DNA of 61,317 bases, counting the filler, from Globobulimina sp. (Eukaryota): the NCBI GenBank assembly GCA_003354225.1. It is 17 parts of 17 records of this genome, joined end to end, with 100 filler letters (N's around TTAATTAATTAA, not from the genome) between each part and the next. Parts side by side here need not be neighbours in the genome. Positions count along the whole stretch, not along the records: positions 32,526 to 36,038 come from PIVH01002620.1; positions 36,139 to 39,650 come from PIVH01002621.1; positions 39,751 to 43,262 come from PIVH01002622.1; 14 more parts are not named here. One strand, written 5' to 3'. Shown one piece after another: positions 32,789 through 43,362 of the stretch. Both the position numbers and the translations under genes were made by a program. A model generated the notes under the pieces. That model saw only the letters and a list, made by a program, of their open reading frames with translations. It ran no database searches and was not told the origin of the DNA. Each line of letters begins with the position of its first letter. Positions within the stretch are counted from its first letter, which is position 1.

Positions 32789-34678
32789 TTACACCAAACC
32801 ACGTTGCCGTTTAGATTTTATATATCTTGGCAACGAAAACGTGAGTGTTGGCGAAATGATATCTGTGAATGTTGTAATTGTAGCAGTAACAGTGTGTATT
32901 GTCGGTGGTATTTCTGGGATACCATCAGATCTTCCATTATCGGATATAATTTCATGTGCATCTTTTAATTGTCGCAATGCTAATTCATGATCATGTCGTT
33001 GTATTTTCACCACAGTTTCGGATATTTGCGGAATATGTCCATCATAATGTTCAATTACGTCAGCCTGTAATATCTGCAATATATTCGTACACACATTGCT
33101 ATTCGATCTTACTTGCAAAAAATCCGGTGTTTGATTGGTCATTTCTTCATTTGTCAAACTAATATCATACTCGTCAATGTTTGTATCATTGGCAAGTGAA
33201 TGCAGTGAATCGTCTCGTTCTAATATTTCGTTACATTTTTCTGATATTTGTTTCTTTTTCGAGGTTAATCGTTTTGTTTTGCATTTTAATATGAATACAC
33301 AAACACTCATTAAACAGCACATTAGTAACTGCAATGCGATTAATTTAATAATCCATAACATTGCATTTACATTTACAGCGGATTCATTTGTATTTGCTAT
33401 AAGATCATCCTTTTCCTCTTCATTTGCATCATAATAATCACTTGTTGCTACATAAAATGTAGTGTGTATTTGTGGAGTTTTGTCACAAATAACAATCTCA
33501 ATGTCAGTTTCATTGATTCCAACAGTTTGTAATTCAGATTGTTTGTTGATGTTTTGTATTAATTGTTGCTGTAAATGAGCCCTGGAAACGTTATTAATTT
33601 CGGCAAACTCATTGCATACAAAAATAGTTATGTTGAGTACGGTAATCGTAGCAAATGTGTTATGTCTCTGTTTTTGGGTTTCAGTTGAGTTCGCACAAGA
33701 ATTATTCACCATTTTGTTTGCAATTTCATCTACAATTGAGACTATTTTATGTGCATTATTGGAGGACAATTTATATCCAAATGTTATGGTTATTATTATG
33801 CGATAATCTATGTTGAATAGCACATTTTTTGTGGGAGACTTTGTTGCAAGATATGTTGGTGAAACACTGGGTGGATTTGATGGAGAAATAGAAGGAATAT
33901 TTGAGGCGAAATTTGATGGTGAAATAGATGGAATATAGGTGGGATTTGGTGTTGTTTTGCTTGATTGTATGTTCAATGAGGATACAACATATTCTTCGCC
34001 ATTTGAATCAGCCATAATATAAATATCAATCGGTTTATTTGGAATGAAGACGCCGTCGAATATGTATCCAGTGCCATATTGGTGTGTAATATTATGATAA
34101 AATTGAAATATAATCTGATTATGTATTGGATCATTAATAATTACAAATTGCAACGGCCAAATTGCTTGTTTATTCCAACCATTTGATGGAAACAGCCATG
34201 AGCCATTATTCGATATCCTATCCCATCGCGAATGGATGTTAGTATTTGATATCCAGTCACTGACAGAACTTGTTATATCTGGCAGTGAGATGGATGGATA
34301 TATTCTTGATTTGATATTATTTGTATTGTCCAAATGAACAAAGAAACTAAAATATTGCCAATTGTTCACACTGAATACAAATAAGAAATCTGTATCTTTA
34401 TGCGGATATGGTGTGTTTCCATTGAGTGTGAGCGTCATTGTGGATTCTATGGATGGCTCAAAACACCATGAATTGTTGAGTGATAATTTCAAATCGTAAG
34501 CATCTTCTTGCAGACCTACATTGATGTGGTAATTAGTGGATTCTGCAATTGTGACAGTTTGAGTATTACGGTGTACAGATGCTCCGTTTTGTGATGTGAT
34601 TTCAGCATTTAATGTCGTTTCTTTTTGTAGCAAACCCACAGTAAGGTGGCACAATGACGCAAGCAGAAGCTGAAGCAT
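32789..34678 (-). CDS. Type I membrane protein: signal peptide, beta-rich ectodomain, Ser/Pro stalk, TM, cytoplasmic tail
   Basis: MLQLLLASLCHLTVG signal; PSISPS stalk; TM IALQLLMCCLMSVCVFIL. Ectodomain resembles that of 5363-7130. Confidence 0.85.
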   Translation of the reverse strand: MLQLLLASLCHLTVGLLQKETTLNAEITSQNGASVHRNTQTVTIAESTNYHINVGLQEDAYDLKLSLNNSWCFEPSIESTMTLTLNGNTPYPHKDTDFLFVFSVNNWQYFSFFVHLDNTNNIKSRIYPSISLPDITSSVSDWISNTNIHSRWDRISNNGSWLFPSNGWNKQAIWPLQFVIINDPIHNQIIFQFYHNITHQYGTGYIFDGVFIPNKPIDIYIMADSNGEEYVVSSLNIQSSKTTPNPTYIPSISPSNFASNIPSISPSNPPSVSPTYLATKSPTKNVLFNIDYRIIITITFGYKLSSNNAHKIVSIVDEIANKMVNNSCANSTETQKQRHNTFATITVLNITIFVCNEFAEINNVSRAHLQQQLIQNINKQSELQTVGINETDIEIVICDKTPQIHTTFYVATSDYYDANEEEKDDLIANTNESAVNVNAMLWIIKLIALQLLMCCLMSVCVFILKCKTKRLTSKKKQISEKCNEILERDDSLHSLANDTNIDEYDISLTNEEMTNQTPDFLQVRSNSNVCTNILQILQADVIEHYDGHIPQISETVVKIQRHDHELALRQLKDAHEIISDNGRSDGIPEIPPTIHTVTATITTFTDIISPTLTFSLPRYIKSKRQRGLV

Positions 34679-34771
34679 GTCAGTTGGAAGATAATATTGG
34701 TTGGATTATTGACGAAGTGCGCAAAAACTGTGTGTTTTTCGTACATTGTTATAAATATTGTTCACTCTGAG

Positions 34772-35611
34772 TTAAACCCCCCATGATATGGAATTTTTGT
34801 CATTGGAATCTAAAATTGAATCCTGTGAAATCATTGACCCTTTCGATGTTTCCTTACTTTGCGACAATATTACAGATCCTGACGCACTCAATGAACACAT
34901 TTGTGTAGCATTATGATTATAAGATGGCTGTTGTGTGATTTCAGGAGATTTTGAAAACAGATCACTGTTATCATTGTAGCGTAAAGTCCGATATATTATT
35001 TGTAATTCCGCATAAACCATTGTTTTCAACAAATGCTGGAATGGTTTGGTAGAAGATTTCAATATCTTTGCCATGTCATTATATTCATACCCAATGCATT
35101 CTGAATAGGTTAAGAACATTCCGTTGACATTGTTATATTTCCTATCTTGAATGATTAGCGGTGGAGGCAATATTGGCGGCAATTCATCGGAATACATATA
35201 ACGAAACATATGTTTTAATATATTCTCATCATATTTATGTATTTGTAATATATGAATGAATTGGACAAATTGAGAGAAAGTCAATAAACCGCTGGGGATA
35301 AATTGGTAATTTATCTCTGACGCTGATTGTAGCAATGTGGCTAACTTTATATCGTCATCATATAATTCTTTATTCTCAAGCAATGTTTCCACGGAGAAGG
35401 TCAATGCTGATGGCAAAGCATATGAGTCAGGCGTTGGATGAGTAGATAGTTTCGATATCGTTGAATTTGATGGAGATAAATCAGATAATGGGTGGTTTGC
35501 AATGTTTATTGCAGTGTTTTTCTCTCTTTCCATCGATTCGTTTCCATCTGTCATTGCGTCGTTTTGCAATAAAGCGTCCATTTTCCTGTGACGACTGCAG
35601 AAACAACCCAT
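34772..35611 (-). CDS. Hypothetical protein with predicted dual acylation (MGCFCS) and a possible degenerate EF-hand
   Basis: 279-aa ORF; GLLTFSQFVQFI...LKHMFRYM. Confidence 0.65.
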   Translation of the reverse strand: MGCFCSRHRKMDALLQNDAMTDGNESMEREKNTAINIANHPLSDLSPSNSTISKLSTHPTPDSYALPSALTFSVETLLENKELYDDDIKLATLLQSASEINYQFIPSGLLTFSQFVQFIHILQIHKYDENILKHMFRYMYSDELPPILPPPLIIQDRKYNNVNGMFLTYSECIGYEYNDMAKILKSSTKPFQHLLKTMVYAELQIIYRTLRYNDNSDLFSKSPEITQQPSYNHNATQMCSLSASGSVILSQSKETSKGSMISQDSILDSNDKNSISWGV

Positions 35612-35959
35612 GATTCGGAGCCTGATAAAATTAATCCAAAAACCAAAAACACAAAAACGGCAGTTAAGACCATGACACTTTCACGTATGTTATTTTTCAA
35701 AGGAAAAAATAAATACATTTGAACAACAACAACGAACAAGAGATTGAAGAGAACGTATCAAATCCACCTACCTCAAGACTTCAAGTGGTACACGGAATAA
35801 TCACCAAAAGGAAGAGATCCCTTTCATGTAATCATAATAAAAATAATTTGCATCGGCTACTTTATCGACTTATCGTTGATTGGTTGTATAGGCCGTATTT
35901 GAACCCAGCAGAGTTTAGTGGGAGATTTTGGGCGCAATAATGGGGGCAATGGGGTCGGT

Positions 35960-36038
35960 GGAATATAGGTAGGATTTGGTGTTGTTTTATGTTCAATGAG
36001 GTTCCTCGCCATTTGAATCAGCCATAATATAAATACCA
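35960..36038 (-). pseudogene. Decayed partial duplicate of 33930-34025 (receptor gene)
   Basis: Near-identical sequence lacking two 10-bp segments. Confidence 0.8.
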
Positions 36039-36138
36039 NNNNNNNNNNNNNNNNNNNNNNNNNNNNNNNNNNNNNNNNNNNNTTAATTAATTAANNNNNN
36101 NNNNNNNNNNNNNNNNNNNNNNNNNNNNNNNNNNNNNN

Positions 36139-36958
36139 GGTTGAAAGGATCATATCTTGGCTGGAACATGACGCTTTTTTCCTGTTTGAAACCTATCCCC
36201 ACAAATCGACAGTTATTGACATAAAATTGGAGCTAAAACAATTTCTAACGAATTTTTTTCATTCATTGTTCGATTATGATTTGAATCCCGCGAAACAAAA
36301 TCCTTTTTATGAGCGCATTAATATAAAAAGAAAAGGAAGCAGCGGTACCGATGCAACTGCAGGTTTTGGGAAAGTAAAAGTGCAAAATGAATGGATTCGC
36401 GGTTACTCAAATAATGCATTGACGCGGTGGATTGGGTACGAGTTTACAAAGCGCGATTTGATGAATAATGAATTAATGAAAGGTATGTTGGCGCATTCGA
36501 CTATTATAAATAATGAGGATATTCATTTTAAAAATGCTGTTGAATTGTTATTGCGCGTCGATTATGTTTTAAATTTTGCAACGTATGGAAAGGATGACAG
36601 TGCTCGGAATGTACTGAAATATGTTACAAAATATGGTTTGAATGACAGTGATATTCAACCATTTTGGATTGAGAATATTTTAGCAAATCGTACAAGGATT
36701 CAAGATCCGAATAATAATAAATCTATTTGGAATATGTTTGCTGCGCATATGAATCAGCATTTTGATGCAAATGTATTTGATTGGAACCGTGACTTGATTG
36801 CAAATCTGGCGCCGGGGAAAAATGAATTGTTCGATTTATTGACTGCAGAGGATTGGAAAACGTTATATCGGGAAAATTATTTTGATTTCAGATTGTACTC
36901 TCTTTCAAAAGTTATTGGACAAATTGATGTTCAATTTCATCAAATGTTCAATACATAA
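36139..36958 (+). CDS. Sulfotransferase (HS-2/6-O-sulfotransferase-like family), 5' truncated
   Basis: Begins VERIISW (end of the R.P.ER..S 3'-PAPS motif); NNALTRWI; C-terminal ENYFDFRLY. Confidence 0.65.
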
Positions 36959-37230
36959 ACGATATATTATTTTTATTTTATAGTTTATTTTTCTTTCTTT
37001 TCTTTTTATGTTTTATCTGCAATGTGCAAAAAATACAAATATTTATACGCACCAATTATTCTTAGTTTGGCATACAAATATTTATACGGACAAATTCTAA
37101 AAAAAAAAAGAGACTGTCAAAGATCATCAGAATAATTGTTGGTACTGGTTCTGTATAAGCAGAATAACTATGAGTCATTATTTTGCTCATAACCAATCTT
37201 GTATTTGTTACGTATTAACGTTTATTTGTC

Positions 37231-38059
37231 ATGGAGAAGGGAGATGATATTTCAATCACAATTCACGATCATTCAAACCATCAGAAAAAACGCAAAACAA
37301 AATCTAAAAAGAAAAAACGAAATCGCAAAAACCACCACAGACAGAAACGAAAAAAATCGTCGCAATTTCAAAAGATAGCTTTGCAAATAATACGTAATCT
37401 ATTTCCGACGCAACCTATGTATGCGTGGGCTTATTTGACCTCATTATTTGGTGTAATATTCGGAATACTCAGTTACATCAAGCCGTGGTTAGAAGGAACT
37501 GCAATATGTATAGTTACAGGTGAAAATTCTCCAAAATTCCCAACAGAAATACACTCATTTAACGTCTATGAAACAAGGATAATTTGCTTCATTCAAATCG
37601 GAATCGCCTTATTGTTTATGGTATTGATTCAGCGGATTGCCTCATTACCGAACGATTATAAATCCAAACTGCCCAATACAATGCGTATTTTATTTTTAGT
37701 ATATGGAGCAACAATTTATTTCATTTCTTTACAATCCAATGAAATGGATAAGTTATTAACGGAACAAGCTTATTCCGACTACCTCGAAATGTCAAATATA
37801 ACATGTTCAGATTCCAGATTTGTACTTAATGCGCAATTTACAATCTGGAAACAGATGTTTACCACAAGTATTTTGTTGACATTCGCATCTGCTGTAATCG
37901 CTATTTTTCGATCTCTATTCGTCGCACAAAATTCTACTGTTTGTTAACCTTAATGTTAATGAATGTGATGACGATCCATCAAGTGATGAAAGCAATATTT
38001 TAGTGGATGATTCTGACTCATCTGATGATATTGCAGATGATGGTCATGATAGTACATAA
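37231..38059 (+). CDS. ~4-TM membrane protein with basic N-terminus; apparent +1 frameshift near 37905
   Basis: Hydrophobic helices. A coding-like acidic tail (ILLFVNLNVNECDDDPSSDES...HDST*) lies in the +1 frame. Confidence 0.6.
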
Positions 38060-38181
38060 ATGTCTCTATGTAATTTATGTTTAGTTGTAAATTAAATGTA
38101 AATTCCAGTGCGGGTAAACTTCTTTAGGTAATTATTTATAAACTGTAAAAACTTTTTTAGTGTGGAAACAGCCTCTCCATA

Positions 38182-39650
38182 ATGGGCAACACCCAAGCAG
38201 TTTATCGACGGATCGAACACGATACCTTTGAAGACGTCGAAATAATAAAAAATCGTGATTTTGATTGTGTGATGGTATTTGACATCGGCTCAGCCGAGAA
38301 AGATTGGAAAGCGCCAGCCGATGGTTCCAAGATCAATTACGAATATTTAAAAGTCTTAGACTCGACCGACAAAGAGAAAAGAAAGCAGTTATTCCCGCAG
38401 CACGGTGCAGATTTCCCTCAACACGGTCAAAAAACCAAAGAAAAAGATTTCTATAAAAACGAGCGGAAGTTAGTCATCAAAGCCTTGACCAAATTACACG
38501 TAAAAACCAAACACATCAAAGCAATGACCAAAGAGTTCGAAGCTGACAAAAACTTAAAATTTTATTACGTCGGCATCTGCGAGAAGACTGCACGGAATTT
38601 CGCAGATAAAATCGAGTATGAATTGGAATTAGAGCCTCAATCCGCCATTACTTACTTGCAATTAATGGACGAACCCTTGGCCAAAGCCACTGTGGCCGAC
38701 ACCCACGACACCAAAGACTGTCTGGAGAAACATTGGAAAAACATCTATATCAAATACGACAAACATGTCGCCCCCGAAATATACAAACCGTACGACGTAA
38801 TTGACCAAGGTTTGCATGCATGAAATATCTATTTGCGCATCACAGAAATGCGAATTTGCGATGAAAACATATATGTAAACAATCTGTATTTAATAATGTA
38901 AGGTGACCAAAAGGATGGTTATGAAGATTCTTTATTTCGTATTCGTGATCGATTAGCCTTAATTAACGAGATTGTAACACAGGATGTGCAACTTGGAGGA
39001 TGTGGCATTTTTGTGCCAGTGTTGGCAGCAAAGGACCATTGCATTGTAGACTTTTACCCGTTGCATACCTTGGAACACTTACACTGCATTTTGGAGAAAT
39101 TATTTTCATGGAAAGCCTTGACTTACAATGTGTTGTCGTTGCCGTTGGAGGAGATTCGGTCCTATTTCGGGGAGTATATTGGTATTTACTTTGCGTATTT
39201 GCAGTTCATGACCATTTATTTCGTGCCGTTGGCCTTTGTCGGCTTCATATTGCAAGTGATGCAGTGGGGAGAAGGCGTGGTTTTGGTGGATGGCATTCAG
39301 TACTTTGCGCTGGTTGTGATATTATGGAGTGTGTGTTTCCCTGTTTTGTGGAAACGAAAGGAGTATGCATGGGCGTTGAAATGGGGCACATTGACCTTCG
39401 ATTTGAAGGAGCGACAGCGGCCCGAATTCGATGGGGTTTATAGGAAATCAAATGTGACGGGCGGGTTAGAGAATTATTTCCCGCATTACGTGCGCAATTC
39501 GAGGCGCATCGTGACCTTTGCCGTGGTGGTCTGTTTCTTGATTGCTTTGTTTGGCTCGGTGATGGCGGTCATTTTGCTGCGGGTCTACGTGTCTGAGACG
39601 AACATAGATTACGGGACGTACTTCATATCGATTGCAAACGCGTTCGTTAT
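38182..39650 (+). CDS. Anoctamin/TMEM16 family channel-scramblase (intron 38810-38902), 3' truncated
   Basis: FYPLH, LPLEEIRSYFGEYIGIYFAYL, WKRKE..WALKWG, RPEFDG. Confidence 0.93.
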
Positions 39651-40000
39651 NNNNNNNNNNNNNNNNNNNNNNNNNNNNNNNNNNNNNNNNNNNNTTAATT
39701 AATTAANNNNNNNNNNNNNNNNNNNNNNNNNNNNNNNNNNNNNNNNNNNNCATATTACTTCACGATTAAAGCAACTACAATAAATAGACGGAGCGCAGCA
39801 GGCAGTCATCACAGAAAAGAAAAGCATTTAATTGAATGCTCAAACTTACCTTTTTTTTCATTGTATATAATTGGTTCTTTGATTTTGGACTTTCTTGTGA
39901 AGGGATTGCGGAGACGACAAAAAAGGAATATGTTTAGTGTTGAGAGCTTTTGGAGTCAAAACTATTTGAAAGTAAACGTTTGTTTTTGCTATTCTATAGT

Positions 40001-40768
40001 TTACAGTTGTTGATAGCCAATAATTTGAACAGAATCATAAGTTTTTCCAAGAGTTGCAGCAAAAGCAACAGATCCTTCAAATGAAATGGGAATATATTCT
40101 GTTAATTTTTTATCATTACATATCCATAAAAATTGACGATTAATAAGATCTAAATCAATCTCAACAATCATAAATTGTTTAAGTGGTTGCGCATTCACTC
40201 CATATTTACTCATTAATGATGATCCATTATGCATTGCAATTGCCAGCGAATCAGACCATGTCCCATATGAATTTAGGCAGTGTCCAATCCAAATATCGTG
40301 TACTTGTTGTTTGATACTAAATGTTTTATTTATGATACCTAAGCCAACATTGCCCATTCTGCGAATATAAAACGTAATTAAATGCCTCCCTGTTTCAAAA
40401 TATTTTGTATGTACAGTGGAAAAACTATAACAAAGTAATAAAGTGGCAGTTGTATTTGCATCCAAATAATTCGTTTTATTCGCATTTATTGCAATATTCC
40501 AACATATATGTTGTGGATCTAAAGGATAGATAAATGTGCATATTGTGTTAGTAATATCAATTGGTACTAAATCAAAAAATGGTTTCTTGACATCTTTCTT
40601 TTCTTCTTTGTCAACTACGTCATTTACATGATGGTAAATATAAGCTTCTAAAAAATTATTCTCGTTTCTTAAATGTTTATCCTGTTTCATTAATTCATTA
40701 TAACTCAATGATTTGAACCTAATAAAACCTGAAACCAGTATTATCAGTTTGTTTCTTGAAATGTCCAT
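40001..40768 (-). CDS. SPRY-like domain protein with N-terminal LVSGFIR...VPIDI motif
   Basis: GNVGLGII, WIGHCLNSYG, MIVEIDLDLINRQFLW. Likely ATG at 40768. Confidence 0.7.
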   Translation of the reverse strand: MDISRNKLIILVSGFIRFKSLSYNELMKQDKHLRNENNFLEAYIYHHVNDVVDKEEKKDVKKPFFDLVPIDITNTICTFIYPLDPQHICWNIAINANKTNYLDANTTATLLLCYSFSTVHTKYFETGRHLITFYIRRMGNVGLGIINKTFSIKQQVHDIWIGHCLNSYGTWSDSLAIAMHNGSSLMSKYGVNAQPLKQFMIVEIDLDLINRQFLWICNDKKLTEYIPISFEGSVAFAATLGKTYDSVQIIGYQQL

Positions 40769-40784
40769 GTTGTAATTTGCAGAT

Positions 40785-42042
40785 ATGATGATGACTTCAG
40801 TCAGCTCAAAGTATGCATTGTTGCTTGTCGTGATAGCATTGCATTCCAATCATATACAACTATTTGTAGTGAGAATACAACATCTTGCGATGCAGGAAAA
40901 TATTGTTCATCACAAATATCCAGCTTCCAATATCCAGATAGCACTCAAACGTTTAGCTCAAACACAATAATAACTGAGGAGTATAGTTGCCAATCACCTT
41001 TATTCTGTAATTGGATGCAAGGAATGAATAACGAATGTGTTCATATTAGTGTACCAGACAAAATATTCCCAGCTGCATTAATTTGTGGTCACAGACACTA
41101 ATCAATGCATTGCTGTTAACATTCCTTTGACATTCAATAAAACTATGTCATGCTGTCAAGCCAATATGGACTGTGAATCAACGTTTATTAATATTCAGCA
41201 ATATACTTCAAATTGTGTAGAAAATTCTTATTTAACGATCGTTTTCGAATCTTTATTAGATTGTTATTTAACTTCTGATTTTATTCAATGTACGGTAATG
41301 TTTCGAATATATATTATTTTGCTATGTAACAGTGTTTGTGTATACGTATACAGATGTTACCTGCAATGAAACTGATTATAATCAAAGCTGTCCAATATAT
41401 GTATTTGAGCGCAGCAAAGCTTATGCAAAATGTGGATGTATTATGACACAGGCCATTCAAATGGGAGATGCGTATTTATATTTCCCTGAGTTAACAGCAA
41501 TGGTCCAACAAAGTCTTGCAGCCACTGGCTATATGGAGTGGGCAGTCAATTGTCCAGCGTGGACTTTTAAATGTGATATGGATTTGAATGCTTTATTGCA
41601 TATTGAAGAAATATTATGTCCATTAACATTGACTAACACCACAGATTTGAGCTTGTTATCAAACCAAATACAGGCAGGAATTGCATCGGCTTTTGATGAA
41701 CAAGTGGAGATAAGCAATGAATGTGAAATGTTGAGAGTGACAATGTATAATACGAAGGATGGTATTGATGCACTCACTTATTTGCAATCTGAATCTATTC
41801 TTGAATTACAAACAGGAGACCATTGTGTCATGAAGCAAAAAATAATAAATTTAAATGAAATGCATATGGATGCAGATTCTATTCAATGTAGTATTGCTCC
41901 AACACAACAACCCACAAACTCACCGGTCACATCAGAGCCAACAGATATCAGTGATCCACAAACTAATAAGACTTGCATTTACATTCTGAAGGTATATAAG
42001 GTGTCAATATTTGTAATATTGCTAGTGTTGTTACTCGCATAA
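40785..42042 (+). pseudogene. Cys-rich secreted/GPI-like surface protein gene with two single-base frameshifts (intron 41290-41353)
   Basis: Signal MMMTSVSSKYALLLVVIALHS; Cys-rich segment in another frame (40846-41080); PTQQPT stalk; hydrophobic C-terminus. Confidence 0.65.
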
Positions 42043-42079
42043 AAACAAAATGAAAAACTACTTTCTTTGAGTTTCGAAC

Positions 42080-43210
42080 ATGGCAACAGTCTGCGAAGAC
42101 GGAGAACATTGTCTATTAGTTAGAATAGGCAGTTGTAATGACTACCATCCCCACTGTAAAACGGGAATCATGTGTTCTGATTTAAAGCGTAGAGCGTGCT
42201 CATTTTTTCATCCTCCATCACATTTTAAGAACAAACGAAAACGAACGCAAAATAGAGCACCGAACAGACAATGTCAACGATGGGAAGTATCTGAGGAACA
42301 AATACTTTTAAAATATATGGAATTATTCCCAGACACTTATACACAAAAACGAATTACAAATAAAATCGTCACGCAATTGAAACATGGTCGAAGCCATCAA
42401 GCTGTAATCACACATTGCAATGTACTCAAAAAACAAAAAACAGCAAAGTATAAACACAAATATATGATAGAAGACGATGATGATACTGATGATGATGTTC
42501 CTTTTATAATTAATAAAACAAAGACAAATAGAAATTATGATAACAATTGTGATAAGAAACAGAGAATGGAAGAAGTCAATGAATTGATGCAAACATTGAT
42601 AAAATATTATAGAAAAACAAATAATTTTTATGAAATAAGGAATATAAATAATTTATTATCTACATTGAAGAGAGAAAAATGGAACGGTGATATTAAGAGT
42701 GTGGAGGGAATAATTGGCTGTCCCTTGACACACTTTTATGGAAAATTAAGAGAGTTTGAAAAACAATATGATGTTTTTGGAAAACAGGAAATCATTCAAA
42801 CATTGAAAAGTACACAAAATGCCATACAAAAAGGTATAAAAAATATAAATGATATTATGTTGAGTATTAATCAAAGGAATTGGAAGGGGAATAATAATGA
42901 ATTCATTGCTATCACAGGATATGATATGGCATATTTCGAAGCAATTTTGGATGCAATAAATGCTCCAAAAACAACTATGAATGCAATACAAAGAGATAAT
43001 ATACATAATGGAGACAGGGATAATTATGTAACATTAAAAACGAATTCATATTTTAACGATAATAAAAGAATAAAAAAAAGAAAATATTCATCGTCAAGAT
43101 TAGGAATTGGTTCTGTGAATAAACACAAATGGAAAAAACGGAGATTTAATTCAAATCGTCATCGAAATACAAATAAAAATAAAACCCGAAATACAAATAA
43201 CATACATTAG
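42080..43210 (+). CDS. Tandem CCCH zinc fingers + Myb/SANT-like domain + duplicated helical repeat
   Basis: CEDGEHC.......CNDYH and CKTGIMC.......CSFFH; RWEVSEEQILL...GRSHQAVITH. Confidence 0.7.
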   Translation: MATVCEDGEHCLLVRIGSCNDYHPHCKTGIMCSDLKRRACSFFHPPSHFKNKRKRTQNRAPNRQCQRWEVSEEQILLKYMELFPDTYTQKRITNKIVTQLKHGRSHQAVITHCNVLKKQKTAKYKHKYMIEDDDDTDDDVPFIINKTKTNRNYDNNCDKKQRMEEVNELMQTLIKYYRKTNNFYEIRNINNLLSTLKREKWNGDIKSVEGIIGCPLTHFYGKLREFEKQYDVFGKQEIIQTLKSTQNAIQKGIKNINDIMLSINQRNWKGNNNEFIAITGYDMAYFEAILDAINAPKTTMNAIQRDNIHNGDRDNYVTLKTNSYFNDNKRIKKRKYSSSRLGIGSVNKHKWKKRRFNSNRHRNTNKNKTRNTNNIH

Positions 43211-43362
43211 AAATGTATAAAAGCAATTGCAATCATATTACTGATTAGATTAATATTAAGCCNNNNNNNNNNNNNNNNNNNNNNNNNNNNNNNNNNNNNN
43301 NNNNNNTTAATTAATTAANNNNNNNNNNNNNNNNNNNNNNNNNNNNNNNNNNNNNNNNNNNN

